DNA of 63,413 nucleotides, counting the filler, from Stramenopiles sp. TOSAG23-3 (taxonomy: Eukaryota), in assembly GCA_900128585.1 (NCBI GenBank). It is 6 parts of 6 records of this genome, joined end to end, with 100 filler letters (N's around TTAATTAATTAA, not from the genome) between each part and the next. Parts side by side here need not be neighbours in the genome. Positions count along the whole stretch, not along the records: positions 44,749 to 59,520 come from LT642545.1; 5 more parts are not named here. One strand, 5' to 3'. The translations under genes were made by a program, and so were the position numbers. The notes under the pieces were generated by a model. That model worked only from the letters and a program-made list of their open reading frames with translations, searched no databases and was not told where the DNA came from. Of this stretch, positions 44,749 to 55,623 are shown one piece after another (positions within the stretch are counted from its first letter, which is position 1; the number at the start of each line of letters is the position of its first letter).

Positions 44749-45240
44749 AATACGGTTTCATTTAGAACAAGGAAAAGACACATAATACAAAAATAAAAAG
44801 TGACCTCTCCACTCTCCCCTCTCCTCCTCCTTCTCGTGACACCACCCTAATCTTAACACCAGAACGGTCATTCACACTAATCTTAACTAACACCACCAGA
44901 TAAATCATTCACCCTAATCTTAACAACATCTAATAATAATATATAAATAATATTAGAAGAAAAAAGAAGAAGAAAAACGAAGAAGAAGAAAAAAAGAAGA
45001 GGAAACAAAAAAACAACAACAAACAACAACATAATTAAATACAACATAAAAAAAAGAAGAAGAAGAAGAAGAAAATAGATTTTTAAATTTTAGTTAGATA
45101 AAAATTCAATTACACAAGAAACACAAAAGTATATAACTTTCTTTTTTTCTGAGTACGATTGAAAATTGAAAAGCTTATTTTCCCCTTTCATGTTCCTTGA
45201 TCAGATCACGGTTACAGCGATGGTGACTTGGATATAAAAA

Positions 45241-47016
45241 ATGAAGGTTCTCTTGCAAAAGGTTCTTGCTGCATTACTTGTACTAGTATGTGTTATTGCG
45301 AAGCCACTTTCACCAAAACAACTCCCTCTTCCTGGGCTCTTCTCCGCCTGGGACAAAAACGCTACCGTCGCATTGCCAGGTGGCCAACAACCGTATACGG
45401 TAGGTTCTATTCAACAAGATGGTAATACTAGTGAACGTTCGAAGTTCTACGTCCTTCCCAAAATCGTTACTCCGAAAGAGGTCGAAGACCTTCTTGGTAT
45501 TTTAAGAAGCACAGAAAACGAGATACCACTGGACACAGACATGGACAGTGTCGACGGCATGTCTAGTCTTGAGATTTTTGTTGACAATGATGAATTGCGT
45601 GCGGGAAAACCATCTAAGCACGGCTGGACTACCCACGATCAGAAGGTTAAACGCAGGGTCTTACGAACAAAGTTGAAGCGCGTTACTGAGAAAATTCTTT
45701 CTGAACGAATTACGCCGTACGTACGGAAAACGTATCCCAACATATGCAGTGGGTATGATGCCGACGGCTTTGGTGGCGAGGCTGCTGTATCGGGCGGGGG
45801 CAATGGGCGAGCGTGTACTCCGTGTTACAGCCTCCTGCGCAGATACCGTCCAGGCGTAGACCGTGAGTCGCATGGAATTCACCACGACGGCCACGCAATA
45901 GTAACAGTTGTCGTATCATTGAGTGACTACGGCAGAGAATACCAGGGTGGTCTGTACGTAGCCGCCAACAGGGGCAAGGAACGATCGTTTATCCCGCTTT
46001 CCAGGGGCGATGCGGTGGTTCACCAGAGCGATTTATTGCACGGGGTGAAAGTCATGCCAGCATCCAAGGGCAACTTCATGGCATCGGGATCGCAAGTGGA
46101 GATCACACCGGATGGAAGAATCAACGTATTCGGAAACCACATGAACGACCATGGGGAGAACGGTGCTACTCGATCGGGGCGCAAAATGCCTCCAGGTGCG
46201 GCGGCATCGAGACGGTGGTCTTGGATTTTGTGGTACCGAGATTCGGAAACGTGCAAAGACCATAGTCACGAATGGTTTGAAGCGTGCGCAAATTCCGGTG
46301 TTCCAAGTTGTGAAATGATGTACGCTACCAAAGTAGGCAACACCCCTGGCCTTTCGGCGGAAGATTCCATGCAAAAGATGTTGTACTGGAACCAACGCGC
46401 CGCGGAGCACGGGCATGGAGCCGCGCGGGTAAAGTTGGCGCGGGCTTTCTGGGGTCGCTTGCCGTCTGCTTTGCCAAAAAGTAAAGCAAGAGCGCGTGCG
46501 TTGTTTCAGGACGCCATCCGTGACTCTGATGACCCTAATGCCCATTATGGGCTCGCGGAGATGCTTCTAGAAGAAATGGCCACCATGTATCCAGAAAGCC
46601 AGTTGGACGGCGCAAACGTGGTCGATGCCGTGCGAAAGGTGCTGGGAAATGTTATAGACCACTTAGAGGCTTCTGCCAAGGGGGGACATCCATTTGCCAT
46701 GTTTAACTTGGCGCTAGCACACCTGTACGGGTACTACAATTATGGCTCGGGGGAACGAAACCCGTCGTTAGCGGGGGGCTGGTTTTTAGAATCAGGGTTG
46801 CCTGAAGGCTTTTATGCCTACAGTATGTATTTGCGCTCCATCGGCGAAATAACGAGGGCTGAGGCGTTTGAAAAACGTGCATACGCCCTCGGGTTAGGCT
46901 CACAGGTGCGTCAGTTAGCCCGGCGACGAACTGGCTTGGGGGGAGCATCTGGGATAAACCTGAACATCGCGTGGCCCCCATGGCCGGATGGAAAGACAAA
47001 GCCGCCGCCCTGGTGA
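45241..47016 (+). CDS. Secreted 2OG-Fe(II) oxygenase (prolyl-4-hydroxylase-like) with Sel1-like repeats
   Basis: Signal peptide; LRRY..HGIHHD..VTVVVSL..YQGGLY..GDAVVH..LLHGV..RWSWILW (HxD...H...R). C-terminal AAEHGHGAA, SAKGGHPFAMFNLA Sel1-type motifs. Confidence 0.8.
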   Translation: MKVLLQKVLAALLVLVCVIAKPLSPKQLPLPGLFSAWDKNATVALPGGQQPYTVGSIQQDGNTSERSKFYVLPKIVTPKEVEDLLGILRSTENEIPLDTDMDSVDGMSSLEIFVDNDELRAGKPSKHGWTTHDQKVKRRVLRTKLKRVTEKILSERITPYVRKTYPNICSGYDADGFGGEAAVSGGGNGRACTPCYSLLRRYRPGVDRESHGIHHDGHAIVTVVVSLSDYGREYQGGLYVAANRGKERSFIPLSRGDAVVHQSDLLHGVKVMPASKGNFMASGSQVEITPDGRINVFGNHMNDHGENGATRSGRKMPPGAAASRRWSWILWYRDSETCKDHSHEWFEACANSGVPSCEMMYATKVGNTPGLSAEDSMQKMLYWNQRAAEHGHGAARVKLARAFWGRLPSALPKSKARARALFQDAIRDSDDPNAHYGLAEMLLEEMATMYPESQLDGANVVDAVRKVLGNVIDHLEASAKGGHPFAMFNLALAHLYGYYNYGSGERNPSLAGGWFLESGLPEGFYAYSMYLRSIGEITRAEAFEKRAYALGLGSQVRQLARRRTGLGGASGINLNIAWPPWPDGKTKPPPW

Positions 47017-47546
47017 CATGCACGAAATTCTGAAGTAGAGTACGAGTACTCACTAATTCGGTACGGAAGTGAGATCCCAATTAGCCCGCCGCAGAACTAC
47101 AACCACTACATCAATGCATACCGAATCCTCGCCATCGCAACAGAACTCACAAACGCCGATTATGGACACCGACCCATACGACCCTCTCCCGACACCTCAA
47201 CTTACAAATGACCATTCCTGGTTCACAACACAGACAACGAGCACCTTTAAAACATTTACGCCGCTGCTTGGAGACCCACACCAGGAATGATTCATCTATG
47301 AGTGAGATATTGGATGAGGAAGTTGATTATGGGCCTTATGGCGTTAACGCGTTTTCACTCACCGATTCGGATCATGCATGGAGTACATTTTATGAAAAAT
47401 GATAGTCAAGACTAAAGTGAAAAGGATATTAATTGATTTACTAAATTCACACCAGTAGAGTATACTTCGCAGTACATTTAATTTTAATTACATAATATTT
47501 TGTTTTCAACAACTTAAACAACAGCCAATGTTCTTGTTTTTAGTGT

Positions 47547-48899
47547 TTACAACAGGAAGAAGCTTGTTTCCTCCTCATCATCGTCCTCGCCGCGCTGGAT
47601 GATAGGGCTCACCGGGTGGCCAAAATGTTTAATGACGAAATCTTGCTGGGGTGTTTTCCCATTGCGGGTCGCGGCCCTACGCAGTGTGTTTGTGTTGTGG
47701 ACTTTGCTGCTTCCGTGTTTCGTCCTTCTATGCATGTGAGGAGGCGTCCGCATCGCGATCAGACCATGCACTTTCTCCTTCAACCGTTCCGGGGAGAAGA
47801 CGATCCCACGAACTCCCCCAGCCGTTTTGATGACAACCGGTTCATTCGTCGAGGATGCCCTCTTCTCCGGAAAATCTTCAAACAAATTGCCGTTCTTCTT
47901 CTTCTTTGCGCTCGTCGGCGATCGGGAGAGTAAATTGATATTCTTGCTTCGCTCACGCTTTCTTCCCGACGAAGAGGGCGGTGTTTTGACATGCCGGCGA
48001 TTGCTCTTTTGGGGTGTCCTGGGTGGGGTGAACGGGGCTTCGGCGGGGACGACCGCTCCTTCGGCGCCTTTTTTCGACATCGGGCCCGCCAAAATCTTCG
48101 CAAACATGTATTCGATAGGCTTAGCCCCTCCGAAACGTTCCTCTTCGGTGATGTATTTGCCTTCGTACCGGGAGGCGCTTGCAGGGGCGTGGTCGTGTGC
48201 GGAAGCTTGGTGTCCATTGGACGACGACGACGGCGACAAAACTGTTTTCTCGTCGTCGGCATACTTCTTGGACGAGTACGGTTTGGTAATTTCAATTGGC
48301 AAAGGCTTCGGACGTATCCCGAGTTCCTTCAAGCTCTGGTTGATCTGTTCGTATTCGTCATAATTGATCTTCTTTATCAGCGACGGACTTGTAGACATTT
48401 CCTTGTACATGGCTCGGCGGATTTTCACCAGCGCTTTGGTCTTCCAGTCGTGCTTCTTCTGCCCCGCGCCTTTCACTTTGGTCGGAGGGGTCCGGGGCGC
48501 AAAACTGACGTTGGGGCTCTGTATCTCCATTGTTTGCGTGCCCTGGGTACTGGTTGAGTTGGGCCTTTCGTTCGCCGTTTGCGTCCCTGCGCTTGCAGTC
48601 TTCGGTCCGCACAAGATCCCCCGCTGCTTTGCTAATAGGTAGCGCAAGCTCTTCTTGCTGCTTCTGAGCACTTTTCGGATCTCCTCTACCCTGTGGCTGC
48701 TTCCGCCAACGTGGTTCTGGTATTTGTTTTTCCCGTGCTTTGGCGTTGGTCCTCGGGCAATAATTTGCTCTACCCTCCGCTCCGTTTCGATGACAGTCCG
48801 CTCCAAAGTGGCGACCAACGAGTCAATCGTAAAGTCTGTTTTCTTATGTGTCGACAATTTCAGCCGGAGCGTAGGTCTGGATTTGACGGGCCGCATCAT
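47547..48899 (-). CDS. Hypothetical basic, Pro/Ser/Thr-rich protein
   Basis: About 450-codon ORF with coding-like GC between AT-rich flanks; first ATG at 48899; no recognisable domain. Confidence 0.65.
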   Translation of the reverse strand: MMRPVKSRPTLRLKLSTHKKTDFTIDSLVATLERTVIETERRVEQIIARGPTPKHGKNKYQNHVGGSSHRVEEIRKVLRSSKKSLRYLLAKQRGILCGPKTASAGTQTANERPNSTSTQGTQTMEIQSPNVSFAPRTPPTKVKGAGQKKHDWKTKALVKIRRAMYKEMSTSPSLIKKINYDEYEQINQSLKELGIRPKPLPIEITKPYSSKKYADDEKTVLSPSSSSNGHQASAHDHAPASASRYEGKYITEEERFGGAKPIEYMFAKILAGPMSKKGAEGAVVPAEAPFTPPRTPQKSNRRHVKTPPSSSGRKRERSKNINLLSRSPTSAKKKKNGNLFEDFPEKRASSTNEPVVIKTAGGVRGIVFSPERLKEKVHGLIAMRTPPHMHRRTKHGSSKVHNTNTLRRAATRNGKTPQQDFVIKHFGHPVSPIIQRGEDDDEEETSFFLL

Positions 48900-49626
48900 G
48901 TTACAGGGCGTTTTCAGCACAGAAAGAATAGTCGGTTTCAAAATATCGTACTACAACAAACAACTTTCAAGGCCAGTTTTCAACAAGTACACAACCTGGA
49001 CAGCTATAAGGTAGTCTACCCTTGTGAAACGGTGATGACCTAAGATCTTTAATATAAAATATGTTGTGTGGTGGCTGTGGTTGATAGATTGGAAAACTGT
49101 TGTAGACCGCAATTTGTCAGAGTTCAATTGGAATTAGTGTCCTCTCCTTGATTGAAGAAAGTGTTTGTTTGTTTCGGGGGGGGAGAAAAAAAAAGGGAAG
49201 AAGAAAAAGAAGAAGAAGAAAAGAAGAAAGAAAGAAAAAAAAATGATGTTGTTTTTCAACAATGGTATTAATATTTTCCTCCTGTGTTAGTATATTATTT
49301 TCTTTAAAAAACAATTTGTTCTTCTGCTGCTATTTTTTTATATTAAATAAACAACAACAACACCAATACACTGGTACGTACAATGTAACAGAAGAATGGC
49401 AAAATGACACAACAACAACACGCACCGCACCTCCAGATCATTCAAAAAGCAAGCATGATAAGCATAAATAGATTAGCGCCAAATTCACAAGAAAAGAAAG
49501 AAGGAAGAAAAGCTCACTACTCACAACAAGAGAAAGCAATAAAAATAAATAAAAAACACAAATAATAAATCTTAAGAGAAGAGATAAAATATTACAGTAA
49601 ATACCATTCGTCCCATAATGGTCTTA

Positions 49627-49681
<55 letters not shown>

Positions 49682-49682
49682 T
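49627..49682. repeat. (CTTT)n microsatellite
   Basis: About 14 tandem CTTT units. Confidence 0.95.
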
Positions 49683-50387
49683 CGACTCTTTCTTTCTTCT
49701 TCGATAAATTATGGGAGGACGTTCGTTGGTATAATAACTTACATATTATACATAATTAAACTATATATATTATATATATAATGAGTATAGTCTGTATTAA
49801 AATATTAAAAATATTAATTGCTTACTCTTATAGTATTAGATGTATTAACTATACGTATATTACATCATATAAGTGTATTATAATGTGACCTACCGTTATT
49901 TATTTATTTATTATTATTACTTGATGTTGGATATTGCGTTGTCAAAAAAAACCTAATAGGACTAGTTTTGATAAGATTATTTACAGGCAATAGCATAAGA
50001 TTTACAATTATTAAAATTACCAGATTTTATTATTTTTTATGATGCGGTGAGATCATTTTTTATAAATAAAATAATAGGGGATTACAATTAGTATAGTAGT
50101 TATTGTAGAAAAGAAATAATAATATTATTATTTTTTTATTATTCGTCGCAACAAAACAACACTTAACAAACAACACAAAAAACAAAGAAAGATTACCACC
50201 ATTCTTATCATTGTTTTTTCTCAAACAGAAACAAAATCAGTTTGAGTACGCAGAAAAGAAGAAGGAAGAACGTTTCGTTCTGTGTTCAATGCTCTACTGT
50301 TTTATTGATTGCAAGTAACAAGCCAGGGACACTTGCCGGCGTTCCCATTCGCAGACCTTCTTCGGTGGGCGGCACAAGCTTAGAAAT

Positions 50388-53306
50388 ATGCCGGCTTTCA
50401 ATGAGTCAAACATAATGAAAGCCGTCAAGGCATCCAATCACTTGACGAAGCGTTCGAAGTGGGGCCATTCTATTCAAACCATTTTGAAAGAAGGGGGGTA
50501 TGAAAGTAGAACGCTAACTGGTGTGCAGTCCGCCGCTGTGAACCTTCGCGGGCCCGAACCACCCACTCTAGACAGCAATACGGAGGCCGTTGACGGCGAA
50601 AGCGGCCCAAGCGCGGAAGCGGAAGACGCCTCCAACGTGTTTCTGACCGCCATATCCCCTACAGCCGGGGCGAGTAAGTCGGCAAAATCTCGGGCCAAAA
50701 ACATGTATAGAGATAAGCATAGAATAGAATTTCAAGCAGGAACGAACATAGTGTACGGGAGTTATATCAACCTGAAATGTGCGCAAGGGGTATACTTATC
50801 CGTCGATCCCCGCACGGGCCTGTCGAAAACGGTGGACCGGCTACAAGACGCAACGACGTTTAAGGTCGCGAACGGGAACGAAGGAAACGAGGGGCATGAG
50901 TTTGGCCCCGTCTGCTTTGGGGACACTGTGGTGCTGACCCTGAAAGACCAGCAGTACGTGACCAAAGGAGGAGACGTGAGGGACCTGGTGCTGGGGACAA
51001 AGATGGCCGTGGACTTGCACAACGTCACCCGGGTCAACATGGAAAATGCCGCGCCAGCGATGATTCCGTGCTGCATTCCGCACAATGGGCGGAAGAACCC
51101 AAAAGGGAGTTGGACGATTGTTCACCCATCGGCGGGCTACAGCGAGAAGGTAAAGGACAAGCCCGTCGTTCACTTGGGGAAAATGTGCCTTGAAATTGGT
51201 TGGAACCGGTTGACATCTGTCGGCCGCGTAGAGGACGGAGACATCGGGGTCGCCTTGAGGGAACCCCCGGGGAGCAAAGAGCGGCAACGAACGCAGCACA
51301 ACAGCGAAGCGTTCTCGACTATATCGGACGCGAGCGCGAACAACCGCCAAACCAATAGACAAAAAGCCACACGCATGCCGAAGAAATCAAGCACGGTGTC
51401 GGGCTTGACTGCGGCTGCTAACATGCGGTGGACCGCCTACTTGGCCATGCTGGGGTCCTCCAAAGAAGGGGGGAGCGGATCGGGGGGGAAGAGTGCCACG
51501 GAGCAGACCCTGCTTCGGGCGCAAGACCAAGTGTACAAGTCTCGTGTCAAGCGCGAGAATCGCGGCGAGGAATTCGCCTTTAGTTTTCGGTCCTCGATGG
51601 CGCAAACGTATGACAATGCCGAGGAGAGTATCGCAGGGTTGGACCAACAGCGAAAGGGGCAGCTGTACGACAGGCTGAACAGACTGTACCTGCGGAACGA
51701 GAGCAGGGGGTGGAAACGCGACGTTGGGAACGAGACTGCGCAACGATCCAGGCAAAACAGCCGCTTAAGTCTGTCTGGCGACGGGACGGGAATGCACATC
51801 GATCCGCAGCATGAGGCTGTTTTGCAAACCCAAGAATGGCCAGAAAAAGGCATGACTCCTTTGCAAATTGCGACGGCCTTAGCGGACGCCGCAAGGTTGA
51901 AAGCGTTGGTCAAAAGCTCCGTGTGGGCAGAAATTTCTGTACAGCAGCGGATTATGGAGGCAGAAGAAGCGGAAGAATTGCGACGTGCCGTTATTGTGTT
52001 GCAGCGCGCTACCAGAAACTGGATACAGCGCCGATGGACCGTCAAGCTGGAATGGGAGGACGAACACGTTGCAAATGCAATGGAAAATAGTATGCAGGAG
52101 ACCGGAACTTCCACGGAAGGGCACAGATCCTTGGGCCCAGGAGACAGCACTCGCCCTGCTGGTGGCCCGCCCGCTGTGGACGAACGGCAAATCCACACCC
52201 GCAATGGGGCAAAGCAGGGCCCGCAGCAGCGCCCCTTGACCGCAGCGGTGCCCGGGACCAAGTCGGTGGCCCGGACCATATTGAGCGGTGAACTGAACGA
52301 GATGATGAGCTCGCAGTCATCCCCGTCCCTTTTGAACGATGGCAAGGTCCGATTGCGCAGGCGGCCAAAAACTGCCAACTCGCGCATGAAAGTTGTTCCG
52401 TCCCGAAAGGCCTTTGGTATCACCGACCGTCCAACGCGTTCCCAGACGGCCAAGCGGCGCAACGCTGAGCTCAAGGCACAAAGCGTGAGGTCGACGAATG
52501 AGGATCTGGATGCTGCGCGGCAGAGTATCAAAGCCGCCGATGCCGCAACGTCCCGTGTTGCTGCGGCCCAAATAGACGGCAACCACAAAGGCTTGCCCAT
52601 GAACGAATTGCTGAACGGTCCGACCCCGACCCAAATGAAAGCAGGTCCATTTTTAAAGCCGCAGAGCTTCAGGATAAAATCCGCCAGCAAACGCGGAAAC
52701 AAGCGCGCCCAAAGTGCGAGTGGGCACAGGGCAGGCACGTCCGTGTACAGAAGTCGCGCTCGCCCATCATCTTCTTCTGCAACATTCAAAAGCGCTCGAT
52801 CGAACAAATCGAAAAAGAATCGGTCGGGCCAAGCGGGTAGAAAATCGCGGCCTAGAACGGCCGGGCAACGCCATTTGGAGCGCTTGCGAATTCTTCCTCG
52901 CCCCATTACGGCGTCCGGTAAGTCCCTGAAACATGGAAGCCGCCAGAGGCTCAAACCTTTCGGTGCTGCGCAGACGATGCGGCCTTTCTCTGCGTCCTCT
53001 CACTATTTTCGTGAGTTTCGACAGAGTGAGAGCAGGCTGTTGCCGCGCTCCGTTTCTGGCCCTCAACTGACCAGCAACATGCCGCTTATGCAACGCGCCC
53101 TCCCACCCACAGGGCCAAGGCAAATCGACGAGCACCTGGAACGCGCGGAATACCACGAAACGGCGATGAGAGAGAGGGAGAAGGAAGATTTGAACGGGCG
53201 GCGTAGGATCAACCGGTACATCAAGAGCACCGAAGATGCCCGCAAAGGGTTTGTAGAAACCAACAAGCGCCTACAAAACCCTGCCGGTTCCGGGTGGATT
53301 TACTGA
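50388..53306 (+). CDS. Hypothetical protein with a possible beta-trefoil-like N-terminal region, an IQ-like motif and a basic disordered tail (possibly ciliary)
   Basis: 972-aa ORF; IVYGSYINLK, VCFGDTVVL and VVHLGKMCLE repeats; VLQRATRNWIQRR; many RPx[ST]A motifs. Confidence 0.65.
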   Translation: MPAFNESNIMKAVKASNHLTKRSKWGHSIQTILKEGGYESRTLTGVQSAAVNLRGPEPPTLDSNTEAVDGESGPSAEAEDASNVFLTAISPTAGASKSAKSRAKNMYRDKHRIEFQAGTNIVYGSYINLKCAQGVYLSVDPRTGLSKTVDRLQDATTFKVANGNEGNEGHEFGPVCFGDTVVLTLKDQQYVTKGGDVRDLVLGTKMAVDLHNVTRVNMENAAPAMIPCCIPHNGRKNPKGSWTIVHPSAGYSEKVKDKPVVHLGKMCLEIGWNRLTSVGRVEDGDIGVALREPPGSKERQRTQHNSEAFSTISDASANNRQTNRQKATRMPKKSSTVSGLTAAANMRWTAYLAMLGSSKEGGSGSGGKSATEQTLLRAQDQVYKSRVKRENRGEEFAFSFRSSMAQTYDNAEESIAGLDQQRKGQLYDRLNRLYLRNESRGWKRDVGNETAQRSRQNSRLSLSGDGTGMHIDPQHEAVLQTQEWPEKGMTPLQIATALADAARLKALVKSSVWAEISVQQRIMEAEEAEELRRAVIVLQRATRNWIQRRWTVKLEWEDEHVANAMENSMQETGTSTEGHRSLGPGDSTRPAGGPPAVDERQIHTRNGAKQGPQQRPLTAAVPGTKSVARTILSGELNEMMSSQSSPSLLNDGKVRLRRRPKTANSRMKVVPSRKAFGITDRPTRSQTAKRRNAELKAQSVRSTNEDLDAARQSIKAADAATSRVAAAQIDGNHKGLPMNELLNGPTPTQMKAGPFLKPQSFRIKSASKRGNKRAQSASGHRAGTSVYRSRARPSSSSATFKSARSNKSKKNRSGQAGRKSRPRTAGQRHLERLRILPRPITASGKSLKHGSRQRLKPFGAAQTMRPFSASSHYFREFRQSESRLLPRSVSGPQLTSNMPLMQRALPPTGPRQIDEHLERAEYHETAMREREKEDLNGRRRINRYIKSTEDARKGFVETNKRLQNPAGSGWIY

Positions 53307-53416
53307 AACAAAAAACCTTTAACCTGTGTGTTGTGCTGTGTTTTACACTACGCGCGCATACGACTATTCTCTCCCACTCCAAATAATATATCATTTACGG
53401 TTTGTATTTCAAAAAG

Positions 53417-53484
53417 TTATTTTAAATACGCCGGAAATAAAAGCCAAAATTTATTTTAAATACGCCGGAAATAAAAGCCAAAAT
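53417..53484. repeat. Perfect 34-bp tandem duplication
   Basis: ttattttaaatacgccggaaataaaagccaaaat x2, just 3' of the V-ATPase C stop. Confidence 0.95.
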
Positions 53485-53487
53485 TTA

Positions 53488-54711
53488 TTATAATTCTACG
53501 CTCACGTATGGGAAAAACTCCGCTCCAGCTCCATCGTTTTCCTCCGTGCCATACTCTTCCTCGGCTAGGTGGCCATAAAGCTTCCCCAACTGTTTCCGAA
53601 CCTCCATCATTTTCCCATCGTTTACGTCCAACAGCAAAGACGTAAACTCCGGGGGCAGCCCATAGCGTAACACTGATTCTATGAAAACCTGCACCGATTT
53701 AATGTGCAACAATCCGATCACCGATTCCCCAAAATGGACTTTTGCCCACTCCAACGTTTTTCCTTCGTACAGGTTGAAATCAGAGTCGAGTTTCGCGGCT
53801 TCCGTAAATGCCTGCAGCGTTTTCTCTGGGTCGACCGTAAAGTCCGGGCGGACGACGTATCGTTTCGCCCTACACTCGTTGTAGAAAGTGTCTGCAATTC
53901 CCCACCCGTCGTCTGCCCTCTGGGACTTCAAGACGATGAGACTGAACAGCACGCAATCCTTGTCCGACAAAATCCTACACAACGACCCCGGGACTACCAA
54001 TGGGACCACCGAACCAACTCCGTCCTCTCCGCCGCCAAGGGACTCGTGGGTGTTTTGGAACTGTTCAACGAGGGAGTTCGGCACTCCGATCAGTACAGTT
54101 CGCAGAAACTGGGAGTTGACGAAATCTGTGCGCTTTAGGGCGACGCCAGTCTGCTCTACGATGCAAGGTGGTATTCTCGTGCCATCGAACGTGACCAAAT
54201 TCTCCACCGCCAATACCCCGTGCAGATTGGCGTTCAGCAAGTTTCCTCGGCGGCTTCTTTCCGCTTTTTGCCGCAGCTGTTTCTTTTCGGCGTAGGCTAC
54301 TTGAAACTGTCGCAGTTCCTCTTCCATCTTTGATACGCTCATCTGCAGCAACTTTGTCAGGTCTGCTAGGGACCGCGACGTGGGGTACTTCATTTCCTTC
54401 CACTGGAAAGTCTTTGCGTACTGGAACTTGTCCTTCCCTTCCACGTCGCTCCAGTGCGCCGTGCTCCGCTCAAAGCGTTGGGCATGTATCTCCCGACCTA
54501 GTTTCTCAATCTGGGAAACGAGCATTGCGCACGCCGCGTTCAGCTTTGCCAACTCATCACTAAGGGATATAAGAACGTTCAGCGTCCCAACCCTGAGCTG
54601 GGGCATGGAGTACCGTGTAACATCGCATAGCGCGCCTATGCTTCGGTGAAGTGCGTCCTCGTTGTAGTGCTCCGTAGGAACAGTTACGATCTGATAACCA
54701 AGCCCTCGCAT
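53488..54711 (-). CDS. ATP6V1C: V-type H+-ATPase subunit C
   Basis: LRVGTLNVLISLSDELAKL, FQWKEMKYP, GNL, VVPGS, HIKSVQVFIESVLRYGLPP, terminal FFPYV. Confidence 0.9.
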   Translation of the reverse strand: MRGLGYQIVTVPTEHYNEDALHRSIGALCDVTRYSMPQLRVGTLNVLISLSDELAKLNAACAMLVSQIEKLGREIHAQRFERSTAHWSDVEGKDKFQYAKTFQWKEMKYPTSRSLADLTKLLQMSVSKMEEELRQFQVAYAEKKQLRQKAERSRRGNLLNANLHGVLAVENLVTFDGTRIPPCIVEQTGVALKRTDFVNSQFLRTVLIGVPNSLVEQFQNTHESLGGGEDGVGSVVPLVVPGSLCRILSDKDCVLFSLIVLKSQRADDGWGIADTFYNECRAKRYVVRPDFTVDPEKTLQAFTEAAKLDSDFNLYEGKTLEWAKVHFGESVIGLLHIKSVQVFIESVLRYGLPPEFTSLLLDVNDGKMMEVRKQLGKLYGHLAEEEYGTEENDGAGAEFFPYVSVEL

Positions 54712-55623
54712 ATTTCTTTACCTCGTGCAAGCCCAAACTATCACAAAATGTTCTCGTTCGTTTCTTTCTCTCTCAATGTGCATATATATATGCTGTGCCT
54801 CTTTTTTTAAACTTTAAAATCATATTTTTTTCATTTCTTTTCGACCACATCAAATTGGATATTATACTGACTAACTAACACGAACAAAAAACTTCAACTT
54901 TTTTCTCCTCCTTCTTCTTCTTCTTTTTTCTATTATTATTATTATTATCTTTATTAATTATTATTATTATAACACACACCACACAGCATTCTCAATTTTC
55001 TTCTTCTTTCTTTGTTGTAGTTTAATAGGTTGTGTTTTTGGTGGTGGTGTTTGTTGGTGTGTAGCTGTTGGTGTATAGTATATGCCTTTCCCCAAACGAT
55101 TGGATATCTGTTATCTACTACTACACAGTGTGACATTGTATCGCACAGTTTTCTTCAGTGTTCAATTGTACTACGGTATAAAATAATAATAATAATAAGA
55201 AGAAGCAAATGAAAAGAAGAGAAAGAAGAAGGAGGAAGAATATTTTTTATTTCTTCTTCCTTCTATCAAATATATTTTATAATCATTTATTTTATTATAC
55301 AGGTGACAGTATACAGTAATAGGTATTTTTATTAGATTTTATTTAAAAGAAGAAGAAATGATGAGCACAATGATTGATGAAGATTTATTCTCATTCTTTA
55401 TAGGTCAATAGCTGTAGTATTAATATTATTATATGCATATCGATTATTATTATTAGTTTTTTGAAGTACCAGTAGTGTAAACCCTATCCCTAACACTAAC
55501 GACGTACAAATTAATTTTAAGAAGAAATTACATACAAAGACACAAGTAGTAAGAATTATGAAGTACATACTTTCAGTTTATTATCACTTCAAGATTTCCG
55601 GGTATGCCATTACTCCCCGGCCA

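Noticed and set aside
47069-47402. Short ORFs after the 2OG-Fe(II) gene
   Set aside because: Non-ATG or very short, no recognisable protein; compatible with 3' UTR or relic DNA.
51437-52954. 505-aa minus-strand ORF as an overlapping gene
   Set aside because: Lies antisense within a GC-rich, low-complexity gene; long shadow ORFs are expected and it has no motifs.
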